In this document: positions 10,357 to 19,392 of the stretch, one piece after another
Layout of the letters: every line of letters begins with the position of its first letter
Position numbering within the stretch: position 1 is the stretch's first letter
NCBI GenBank assembly: GCA_000002435.2
Contig: CM018790.1
Direction: 5' to 3' (one strand)
Source: Giardia intestinalis
Taxonomy: Eukaryota
Length of the DNA stretch: 64,000 bases
Notes under the pieces: model-generated
Told to the model about the DNA's origin: nothing
What the model saw: the letters and a program-made list of their open reading frames with translations, nothing else
Database searches by the model: none
Program-made: the position numbers and the translations under genes

Positions 10357-10378
10357 GAGTCCCCAGCTGATTAATCGG

Positions 10379-11182
10379 CTATCTGCCCTCTGTTATAGAG
10401 GTGAGCAAATCGACATACCTTTGTATTACACTATCAACCAGCGATGCCAAGGCATCTGTGTGTAAACTCTTGGGGATAGCCTTGATCCGGTCGAGGTTCC
10501 ATGCAAAGGGAAGCATAAAGAGCTTCGCCTTCCTATGACCTCCCTTGATGCACGCAGTAGGAAGGGCATCTAAAAGAGCAGCCTGTTGTGTGGTGGGGGC
10601 ACCAATAGTAGCCGTTTGTCCGGCAACTGATGCACTCTTCTGATAGAATGTCTGAAAGTTAGTGTTCAGAGCAGACATGATGGGGTGCAATTCTGGATCC
10701 CCGTCCACTACTGCCTGATAGAACGGAATGGTTAGAAGCTCGTAGAAGGGCTGAGAGAAAAGGCACGAGGGGATGACCGCCTTTAAAGACCCCAGCCCAC
10801 TGGAGGCTCCTAGATCACATGGAATTGCAAGAAATGTCGGTAGCGAATGCAAAAACTCAAGGGGCCGAAGCTCCTCACCTTCAAAGGGATACGTAACTAG
10901 CTGAACATGCTGCTCAAGTCCTCGCTGCTTCTTAAGTTTATCTAAAATGATCCGCTGAATAGCACTGTGCTCCGGTTGCACACGAAGCAGAGAGAGCTCA
11001 ACCATCATCTTTGGGCTCTTCCGCTTTCTAAGGAAGACCGCGTCGCAAATAGCGTCTGTAAAGGTTTCCACGTGCGTCTTGACCTGTTTCTGCTTTGTAA
11101 TATCTAGCCCTGGTGGAAAGATGAGCGGGAATAGGAGAGCAGGACGCCGTTGATCCGTTGTATTCATCTTCAATATTTTCAT
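10379..11182 (-). CDS. Hypothetical protein (~267 aa).
   Basis: ORF-track start 11194 is TTG. In-frame ATGs are at 11182 and 11167, embedded in AT-rich sequence. Confidence 0.5.
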   Translation of the reverse strand: MKILKMNTTDQRRPALLFPLIFPPGLDITKQKQVKTHVETFTDAICDAVFLRKRKSPKMMVELSLLRVQPEHSAIQRIILDKLKKQRGLEQHVQLVTYPFEGEELRPLEFLHSLPTFLAIPCDLGASSGLGSLKAVIPSCLFSQPFYELLTIPFYQAVVDGDPELHPIMSALNTNFQTFYQKSASVAGQTATIGAPTTQQAALLDALPTACIKGGHRKAKLFMLPFAWNLDRIKAIPKSLHTDALASLVDSVIQRYVDLLTSITEGR

Positions 11183-11245
11183 TTGAAATTTCAATTAACA
11201 CGTCATAAATGTTAATTTTTATAAAGGATTGACACAGACAACTTC

Positions 11246-12475
11246 ATGACTGACCAGGGTGCCAGGCAGAAAGATCCGCAGAAGGATAGGCACGAGACAT
11301 CCAACTTATCAGTAACAGCAGACTATGTTGACAAGTGCAATAGCTCTCCGTTAGAAACGTACCTGCGTCTCTTCGCAGATATTTTCCTCAGTGACGAAGA
11401 GTACGTCTACTTTATGCTCGCAATTGCTAACACAGGGCGCATAGAAACAAAGGGCGGAGCCATTGCGTACCATGTGAGTGACTACATAAACGCCATTCTC
11501 AATCAGAAGCGCATAGAGAAGGTCAATAAGGACCATAACTCGGTGCTCCACGGAAAGGGTACAGACGACCCTGCTGTAAGGGCCTTCTGTGAAATGATTG
11601 AGATAAATTTCATAGAAAGAAATACCTCGGCCCAGCACTCTAATTACCAAGCTAATGCCTCCTATCTTTTCAATCTCAAGAAATTTCTAATTACTAGCTT
11701 TTATAATCTAGATATATATGTTACCAAGTTAGAAGCAGAGCTGAAGGACCCGATATCCATGGGACATGTCAAGTACCATTGTGAGTATTGTGATAAAAGG
11801 TTTACAGAAGCAGATCTATATAAGCTTAATAAGAACGGAAATATCAAAAGCAGCACATGCCCTAAGTGCTTCAAGCCACGGCTAACCTTGGTGACCAAGC
11901 ACAACCAAGACAAGGATGACACCGCAATGAAAAAGGGAATGTTGTCGGTGTTGAAGGAACTGCATGCTTTGGGGAAGAGGATAATCAGTGAATACATGGA
12001 CAAGAAGGAGAACTACTATGCAGTGAGGCTCAGAGAATTCCAGAACTCCTATCAGAATAACTTCCTGGAGGGCCAGCGAATATATAATAAGTGCAACGGT
12101 GCAGCAGCAATGAAGGTAGCAGATGAAGATGGAGAAGGGAGCGAAGACCAGGAAGACACTTTCACGTGGTTGTCGGCGAATACAGACGGGGTATCGTCTG
12201 CAACCTCGAGCCAGGAAGTGGCCAATGTGTCAGGACTTCGGCCAAGCCAAGGAGCTGCACACACAAATTCATATAGCCTTGGTGGAAAGAAGCGGCGACG
12301 AATAGACGTCACCTCTACTGATTTCAGATCTGTCTTTAGCAAGAGAAACGGGGCGTTCTGGAGGAGCGAGAAGCTTGGTGGGATGACCGTCCTCGGTGAG
12401 TCAACAAGAAGACCCAAGTGGTTCGTCGCTATAAACGAAAAGGCACAGAGGGTATTAAATAGGGGCAAGCGCTAA
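11246..12475 (+). CDS. Zinc-ribbon protein, 409 aa. It may be TFIIE-alpha-like.
   Basis: YHCEYCDKRFTEADLYKLNKNGNIKSSTCPKC resembles the TFIIE-alpha Zn ribbon (C-x2-C...YT..EA..L...C-x2-C). Acidic/Ser-rich tail. The identity call is weak. Confidence 0.5.
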   Translation: MTDQGARQKDPQKDRHETSNLSVTADYVDKCNSSPLETYLRLFADIFLSDEEYVYFMLAIANTGRIETKGGAIAYHVSDYINAILNQKRIEKVNKDHNSVLHGKGTDDPAVRAFCEMIEINFIERNTSAQHSNYQANASYLFNLKKFLITSFYNLDIYVTKLEAELKDPISMGHVKYHCEYCDKRFTEADLYKLNKNGNIKSSTCPKCFKPRLTLVTKHNQDKDDTAMKKGMLSVLKELHALGKRIISEYMDKKENYYAVRLREFQNSYQNNFLEGQRIYNKCNGAAAMKVADEDGEGSEDQEDTFTWLSANTDGVSSATSSQEVANVSGLRPSQGAAHTNSYSLGGKKRRRIDVTSTDFRSVFSKRNGAFWRSEKLGGMTVLGESTRRPKWFVAINEKAQRVLNRGKR

Positions 12476-12531
12476 CAACAAAAGATAGTATCGTAAGATG
12501 TCTCAGGGTGACCCTACACTACACTACACTG

Positions 12532-14349
12532 TCAACAAAGCTCCCTTTCCATTTCAAAGGCAATATCTGGGGAAACGAGCGTTGCATCTACGAGGGCCTT
12601 TTCAATGTTTCCTACCCGTCGATATATGATCATCCTGTTGTACAGTGCATCACCGTGGAGTGGATTAATATCGAGTGCGTGATTCAGCAAGAATAGGGCC
12701 TTTGTGTATGCAGCATGGATGTCTTCACCTTGAGTGCTGCCCTGCGCACTGATCACCAGCAAAACAGCAAGATTGACCAGTGCTTCGACATGGGTACAGT
12801 CTATTTTGGAAACAATAGTGAAGCAGTTCTTGGCTGCACCCATATCGGACAGATGTAAAAAGCAGATACCAATGTTGAACCAAATGTCGCTGCGCATCCT
12901 TACAATTCTGTCGTCAGAAAAGCTAAGCTCTCGCTGAGCAGTCTCTAGTCTGTTCAACGCAGTTAGCAGATGAATAAATGCATCGTGATACTGATGCTTT
13001 TCTATATGACAGACGCCTAGGTTGTTCCAGATGGCTGGATCGGCTGGAACAAAGAGGAGAACGCGTTTGTAGAGGATCAGTGCGGTAGATGGAGACTCAA
13101 GTGTGTGCAGTACCTTCTTACCTAAAGCCTTAGCACCCAGTCCAACTCCTTGCACTAATAGGGACGCCAGACTGGCTAAGGCCTCGACGCTGGACGGGTT
13201 CCTTTCTAGAGCGTCTGCATATGAATATGCACATCGCTCATAGTTCTGGATAAGCTCGTAAAGCCTTGCCATTGCCAAATGAGGAACTGCACTGGTCTGA
13301 AACCGCTCCGCACACTCACGAAGGACCAAAATGCCCGAGTTGATATGTCCCCTTGCTACCAGTGTACTGGCCAGCTTTAAATACGTGTCGATCCTGGGAG
13401 ACTCCTTCAATGCGTTTCGAAGGTGTTTTTCGGAATCATTGTAGCATCCCATAGAATAGTAGATTCTTCCCTTCCGATCGCTGTAGAACCAATCTGAACA
13501 ATCGGATGGATTGATTTTCGACAAAAAGAACAACGCATGTCGAGGCATCGGTGTGGCGTCAATGTATTCGGGTGGAATATTGACATCTTTATCCCCGAGT
13601 GCTGACCTGGAGGCCGCGCTGTCTTCTGTCAATAGAAGATAGTCTAATTTTGTTGGACGCATCCGCGTCATATATGCAATGAGGAGACGGGTGTAGTTTC
13701 CATGGGCTATGAAATCGACAGGAAACTCTTGAAGAAGATTGCACAAAGACCCAGTTCTCAACTCCAAGTGAGAACTAAGCACGTTTCCGGCGAAGCCTCT
13801 GACAACAGCTGCAGCAATAGTCGCCGTGGAGGAGCGGCTTCCCGTTCGACTGCTTGCTCGACTTCCTGCCCTGCTTCCAGCTCTACTTCCCATACGTGAC
13901 CCTGTGCGAGAGCTCGACATAAGCCTGGATGTGCCCCGGGTAAGAGGCTTTCCTGCCGCATTAGTTGCTGGCCTTACGAACCCCACTTCAATCTGTCTTG
14001 TTGATGCCGATACTGGTGATAAATATGGATGTGTAAAGTTATTCTTCTCTAACTCATTCTCTTTTGGATGCTGTTGCGGCTGCTGTAAGCCGGTGCCCCC
14101 AGGCATCTGGAAGGACATGTTTCTGGTTGCATCCATCAAGCCTATAGTATCTAGCTCTGTCTCGTCTAAATACGAGGCCTCTATGGCGCATTGGAGCCGG
14201 AGAAGAAAGGCCTGCTGGTTCGTCCTGTCAGTTCTCAGCATATCTTCGGTGGAGGCAGCACACCGCGAGTATTCTCCATACTGCAGATGCTGGTATGCTT
14301 CATAGAGGGTTGGAAGGGGGCTTTTCTCTATACCAGCAAACCGACTCAT
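12532..14349 (-). CDS. TTC8: Bardet-Biedl syndrome 8 / TTC8-like TPR protein, 605 aa.
   Basis: N-terminus YEAYQHLQYGEYSRCA...QAFLLRLQCAIEASYLDETELD and TPR blocks (...THVEALVNLAVL; DIWFNIGICF...) align with BBS8. A repetitive Arg/Ser linker (GSRAGSRAGSRASSRTGSRSS) sits where BBS8 has its Pro/Arg-rich linker. Confidence 0.75.
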   Translation of the reverse strand: MSRFAGIEKSPLPTLYEAYQHLQYGEYSRCAASTEDMLRTDRTNQQAFLLRLQCAIEASYLDETELDTIGLMDATRNMSFQMPGGTGLQQPQQHPKENELEKNNFTHPYLSPVSASTRQIEVGFVRPATNAAGKPLTRGTSRLMSSSRTGSRMGSRAGSRAGSRASSRTGSRSSTATIAAAVVRGFAGNVLSSHLELRTGSLCNLLQEFPVDFIAHGNYTRLLIAYMTRMRPTKLDYLLLTEDSAASRSALGDKDVNIPPEYIDATPMPRHALFFLSKINPSDCSDWFYSDRKGRIYYSMGCYNDSEKHLRNALKESPRIDTYLKLASTLVARGHINSGILVLRECAERFQTSAVPHLAMARLYELIQNYERCAYSYADALERNPSSVEALASLASLLVQGVGLGAKALGKKVLHTLESPSTALILYKRVLLFVPADPAIWNNLGVCHIEKHQYHDAFIHLLTALNRLETAQRELSFSDDRIVRMRSDIWFNIGICFLHLSDMGAAKNCFTIVSKIDCTHVEALVNLAVLLVISAQGSTQGEDIHAAYTKALFLLNHALDINPLHGDALYNRMIIYRRVGNIEKALVDATLVSPDIAFEMERELC

Positions 14350-14901
14350 AAGATTTTATTTTACACTGGTGCGCGCTCACTCCTCTCATCGAGCAGCCTC
14401 GGATACTGGCAGCTATGATCGTGGGAGGCATCTGGCTGCATCAGAAGGCCTTTGTTTAAAGTTCTGTTTAACGTTTTCCAGAAGAGACGAAAGAGCAGCA
14501 TCTTGCTAGAGCTAGCAAGGCGCGCACTTTGTCATGATATTGTTGCAATTTACAATAAACTAGCTTTTGTAGTGTTTAATTTATTGAAAACCTTTGGAGA
14601 TTGGAAGCGATTGGTTTTGCCTAGGCGCCATATGGGCCCAAACACACTAATAAAGCAGTATTTTTAGCGTAATGACGCAGACATATTTGCTATGACTATA
14701 TTTTGCAAAATTTAAGGAAATTTCATTGTTTTCCCACACAGACCGAGTAATTTCGCCGACAGTCTCTAAAGGGAACGAATTCTGTAACAGTGTCAGCGTC
14801 ACCTGACGGATCGTATCACTAGTCAAGACTCTAAAGATATTAAACTAAAACATTTTCTACAAATAAAGCTTGAGAAATTAAATTTTGGGGAAGACGTAGA
14901 G

Positions 14902-15201
14902 ATGGCAACGTTTGAGGGTGAAAAGAGTGTCAGCGTTACATACATTCTGTGGTTCTTCCTGGGCGTGTTCGGGGCCCATAGATTCTATCTCAGGCGCTGG
15001 TGCACTGCTGTTTTGTGGCTTTTGACAGGAGGCATCCTTGGGATAGGCTGGCTCGTCGATCTGTTTCTGAATGCACGTATGGTCGAATTATATAACAAAG
15101 CCGTCCATGAGAACAACGCTAACGTAATATCATTAGCTACCCAAGGTCAGAACACTAAAACAAGCACCTCCTATCTTTCTGAGTGCACTCCTCTAGTTTA
15201 G
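14902..15201 (+). CDS. TM2-domain protein, 99 aa.
   Basis: ILWFFLGVFGAHRFYLRRW...LLTGGILGIGWLVDLF matches the TM2 double-helix motif (G.HRFYLG...G..G.GW..D). Confidence 0.7.
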   Translation: MATFEGEKSVSVTYILWFFLGVFGAHRFYLRRWCTAVLWLLTGGILGIGWLVDLFLNARMVELYNKAVHENNANVISLATQGQNTKTSTSYLSECTPLV

Positions 15202-15843
15202 AATGGCCAAAGTCATATCTGTAAATGCTAACAATATGTCATAATGGAAGTTGGAGTAAATCTAGAGCTGTATTATTGTGGTGAGAGAAATGGTTGATAA
15301 GTTAGGTATGGCTTATCGACGTAGGTCACAAATAACTTTAAAACTTATATAAAAGCATACTTGTGGAAGCAGACAGAAAAAGACAGAGTCAATGGAGCAA
15401 AGAAGTACACTAGGCACAAAGTCCACACATCAAACGGCGGTAATAGCGAGGAAATCTACGTTTTCTCACGAACTAAAGTTTCAATTGATTTAAATACATC
15501 ATACTATCGAGTTCGTTTCAACCAAGACCTTGTCGATAAGTGCTTATAAGGGCAGACTGAGGCCTGTCTACAAAGATACTGAGCAGTAATTCCTTAGTCA
15601 GTGAAAGAGGCGAACACGCCTTGGATGTCCAAGAAAGCCATTGTGAGAAAACCTTTTAGAAGTAGATGACGTTAAACTACAGATACCTGCATCGACAAGA
15701 GACCTGGTGTCTGTTGCACCACCTTCCAGTCGTGGTTAGCATAGAAAAAGGTAGCGTTGCATAAGTTGATGGGTTGACTAGTTTCATTGGCTGAATCGAT
15801 GATGTCAGAAACTTCATGTGCCGAATAATAAATTCTCACCCAA

Positions 15844-16551
15844 ATGCTTAAGCTCATGCAGCTTTCCCTACTGTGGGCGTTCCTCTCTGACCTGAATAAG
15901 GTCGATACTGGATCCGATAAGTGCGACTTCACTACCAGTCAGGTCCCACCAGGGTCCTGTGCAGGCCCTCTAGAGCGTGCACTCAAAATGCGCCTGGCAG
16001 CGGCCTTGCCACTAACTAATACCGGGTGTGCGATCAATCAAATCCCGTTCCGTCCCGACTCTAGTACCACAATCACAAAGTGTGGCCAATGTGATCCCCA
16101 GCAAACCCTTCCATCGGGATATAACCCCAACTGCCCCATCTCACATATTTGTAACGATGCTGGACTGTGTACCAGGGCTAACGCATATGAGCTTTTTGGA
16201 CAGCCTTGCCCGGGGGGAGGCGCATCTCTGTGGTGTGGATCTCTAATATGTATTAATCGTCGCTGCGCACAGTGCGTTGATGGGACGGTTATAGGTGGGT
16301 ACACATGCATAGGTGGGCAGTATTATGGAGACTACCTTGCAAAGATGCGGGCCGATGCATCGACGATCACTGCCTTCTGTGCCATAGCTGTGACATGCGC
16401 AGTCATACTACTTTGCTCCGTTGTTGGGTGTGTGCAGTGCACAATCCTCAAAAGAAAAATTAAACAACACATCTATCAAAAGATACCCACCACAAACGTG
16501 ACTTCCGCTACACTACTTTCCACAACGCCACTTACAAATGCACAAAGTTAA
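15844..16551 (+). CDS. Small cysteine-rich type I membrane protein, 235 aa.
   Basis: N-terminal hydrophobic leader, ~20 Cys in the ectodomain, C-terminal TM (ITAFCAIAVTCAVILLCSVVGCV) and a short basic tail. Confidence 0.5.
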   Translation: MLKLMQLSLLWAFLSDLNKVDTGSDKCDFTTSQVPPGSCAGPLERALKMRLAAALPLTNTGCAINQIPFRPDSSTTITKCGQCDPQQTLPSGYNPNCPISHICNDAGLCTRANAYELFGQPCPGGGASLWCGSLICINRRCAQCVDGTVIGGYTCIGGQYYGDYLAKMRADASTITAFCAIAVTCAVILLCSVVGCVQCTILKRKIKQHIYQKIPTTNVTSATLLSTTPLTNAQS

Positions 16552-16647
16552 GAAAGGATAGGCAAAGAGTTGTAAATTATAAATTGAAATTTCACTAAAT
16601 AAATCACTAGCTAGTCCTGCATTAATAAAATCCTGCAATAATAAAAA

Positions 16648-19392
16648 ATGGCCCAGCATGGCTCCGCCGAAGGAGCCGGAAACCTCAGTACGCTTATATT
16701 GGACGATGATCCATTCGATGCTAAGCACTATGTGCATAATATAATGGGTATTTTCGCCGATAGGCTGTACATTCTAAACAGCGAGCCTATAGACATCAGG
16801 TGTGAATTTTGCTGTAGCTTCAGCACAAATATGTGTGCGGCAGCATGTGGGCATAATTACTGCATGTCATGCATCTACGAAGACTTAGCTAGCCTAGGTA
16901 TTGCAAAGTGCCCTGTCTGTTTTGTAGATAATTTAATTAACCGGGAAAGAAATAAATCTGCAGCCATTAGGTCCAACTCTACTGGCAAACCATCTCTCAA
17001 GCAAGAACTGGAGTCATCCAAGCAGATTCTCCAGCACTACACCACATACTTTTCTCAAGAGTTCGATCCATCGATGCAGAGTATCTACATGGAAGGTATG
17101 GGAAATGTTTCTCTTAAGGGCTATAGTATGCGGTGCACGGCCGAGATTTTTCCAATCCACGGCTATACTGTCTCCGTGTCTCAATCAAAAGACATTCAGA
17201 ACTCTCTGTACGAGCCAGTAGAGATACTGTGCCGCTTCCATAAGGATATAAGCCCTTTACTGAGTGAGTGCCGAAGCAAGTTTCACTTTACCGAGGACGG
17301 GCTCCAGCGCTACCACGATCATATGTTGCATTGCTATAAGACCAACATTCTATACAAGCAGCATCAACAGTTAGAAGCAAACCATTTGAAGCACATTAAG
17401 CAGCGATTGACCCAGAGATTTAATGAAAAGATAACTGAATACACCCCTGCAAAGCCTGCTGAGCTTGATTCTCCAGAGCCGGTACCAGATCCACATCCAC
17501 ATCCAGAACCAGAGCCAGATTTAGATCCAGATGGTGACACTCCAAACAAGAATACTAACAATTTAGGACATATAATTAGCAACAACACTATGCTGATGGG
17601 GAACGCTATTCCAGCAAGTCCGATTAGTTCGGAATTTCTCCCCTACTCTATGTCGTTTTACAGTGCCGAATGTAAGAGACTTTTCAAGGCTGATACCGAT
17701 AGTGCATATAGCGAAAAGTATTCCTTCCAAAAGGAGATATTCCGTGTTCCACCAAACAGAAATCCGGTTGTGGGCCATATTATTCTTAAGCGATTGGTTT
17801 ATGACGTTCTTGAGCACGAGCAGTTTCTACTTCAACGAGATTTTTGGAACTGTCAAGTGATATTTTTTATTAATCCGTACGAGACTATTAATTATTTTCT
17901 TTTTTCAAATATTACATTGGGATTGCAGGTTGAAGCGCCCGATGGGAGGTCTTCCACATACGAGTTTGTTGTCGACAGAGAAAACTTTCAAGAACATCCC
18001 ATTCTACGGTTTTATTTGCGGGTTCTCACGTTCTACGAGGGAAGATACTCCTTTACCCTCAAGTGGAGCTGTTCACTGCCGAATGCCCAGACGGGAGGAT
18101 ATACCATCTTCCAGAGCGGTGAGCAAATCTCCACATTTGTAGCTAAGCCCATTCTTGGGCCCAACCTTTCACCCATCTGTCTCAAATCCTATATAGATTC
18201 TGCACCGCCAATCCATCCAAAACTACTTGGTCTTCTAACCTTAGGCCATGAAGTCCTTACAAGGGGACATGAATGCATCAGCCAGATCGCCCCAGATGAC
18301 ACATCGTCTCCAGTTGTGCCCTCAGACTTGTCTAAGAGTTTACCGACTCTCGGGCTAAAGGAGATTGAAGCCCTTTACCTGTATGCGGCGTATTCTCACA
18401 CGGTCAAGGATGGGTGCTTCTTCTGTGTTGGTTGCAAGGCCTACGCATATGTCAAAGAGTCCGCAACTCTGATGAACACTGCACCCTTTCTGCATGCTCT
18501 TATACTTATATTGGATCGTTATCCAGAGGTTGAGATTATACAGACACCAGCCATAGACCTTATCTTAGCGTTGGGCACGACGCTTCCCAACTTTTTTAGC
18601 TCTACATCTATCGTTGGCAACAGTCTGCTTGGAAGGCTGCGTAGGATCAAGCACATTTTCAAGAACTTAACTAAGCCATTAAAGGACACGATATATATGA
18701 TTTCTCAGAGAGCATATCACGTTCTTCCAACGCAGCTAAGTACTGTATTTGAGGACTTCAGCAAAGCAAACGAGTTGACCCGTCTCTACATCAATAGGGA
18801 AATTCTAAATAAGATCCCATGTTGTAGCTCCTTCTCTATGCTGGACATGGTGAGATTTTATCTAGCGGCGCTTCGATTATTGAGAGACAGTGATCCAGGC
18901 AAAATTGCCTTTGAGATCTCGGGGATTTCTCGGCTTGTTATTCATCTCAGCAGGGACTCCCCGTTGTTTAAGATCGATCCAAAGAGTGCTATAACAGAGA
19001 AGGACATGTATTCGTTTTATTTGAATGAGCGAGCACGGCTCACACCAACGCCCAATACCTGGCGTGAATATGTTATGCTACACATTGTAGGGTATCTTTG
19101 TGGTATCTGGGATGCATCGAAAGACACACTACAAACCTTTTACAAAGCACTGTTCGAGATAATTATTAATAACCGCGCAAGCAACGGAGACTTCATCACA
19201 GCACCATCGTTTACTAAGCTGCATGAGAAGCTACTGGCTCTACTTCCAGGTAAGATCCTTGACATAGACAACCCATATAATGATAAAAACATCGCCATTA
19301 TAAAGGCAAACGTAGAATTTCTGACCAAAGAAGAGTCTGCCTCGCGCACACCGCGCACTACATCAACCGAAACCAGCCATGCCACGGTGTGA
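16648..19392 (+). CDS. RING-finger (C3HC4) protein, 914 aa.
   Basis: CEFCCSF...CGHNYCMSCIYEDLASLGIAKCPVC near the N-terminus. Low-complexity PEPVPDPHPHPEPEPDLDPDGD tract. AT-rich initiator before the ATG. Confidence 0.7.
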   Translation: MAQHGSAEGAGNLSTLILDDDPFDAKHYVHNIMGIFADRLYILNSEPIDIRCEFCCSFSTNMCAAACGHNYCMSCIYEDLASLGIAKCPVCFVDNLINRERNKSAAIRSNSTGKPSLKQELESSKQILQHYTTYFSQEFDPSMQSIYMEGMGNVSLKGYSMRCTAEIFPIHGYTVSVSQSKDIQNSLYEPVEILCRFHKDISPLLSECRSKFHFTEDGLQRYHDHMLHCYKTNILYKQHQQLEANHLKHIKQRLTQRFNEKITEYTPAKPAELDSPEPVPDPHPHPEPEPDLDPDGDTPNKNTNNLGHIISNNTMLMGNAIPASPISSEFLPYSMSFYSAECKRLFKADTDSAYSEKYSFQKEIFRVPPNRNPVVGHIILKRLVYDVLEHEQFLLQRDFWNCQVIFFINPYETINYFLFSNITLGLQVEAPDGRSSTYEFVVDRENFQEHPILRFYLRVLTFYEGRYSFTLKWSCSLPNAQTGGYTIFQSGEQISTFVAKPILGPNLSPICLKSYIDSAPPIHPKLLGLLTLGHEVLTRGHECISQIAPDDTSSPVVPSDLSKSLPTLGLKEIEALYLYAAYSHTVKDGCFFCVGCKAYAYVKESATLMNTAPFLHALILILDRYPEVEIIQTPAIDLILALGTTLPNFFSSTSIVGNSLLGRLRRIKHIFKNLTKPLKDTIYMISQRAYHVLPTQLSTVFEDFSKANELTRLYINREILNKIPCCSSFSMLDMVRFYLAALRLLRDSDPGKIAFEISGISRLVIHLSRDSPLFKIDPKSAITEKDMYSFYLNERARLTPTPNTWREYVMLHIVGYLCGIWDASKDTLQTFYKALFEIIINNRASNGDFITAPSFTKLHEKLLALLPGKILDIDNPYNDKNIAIIKANVEFLTKEESASRTPRTTSTETSHATV

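Noticed and set aside
14452-15549. Small ORFs in long intergenic regions (14452-14667, 15361-15549, 15672-15932).
   Set aside because: All use TTG/GTG starts in the track, they are short, and they have no ATG context.
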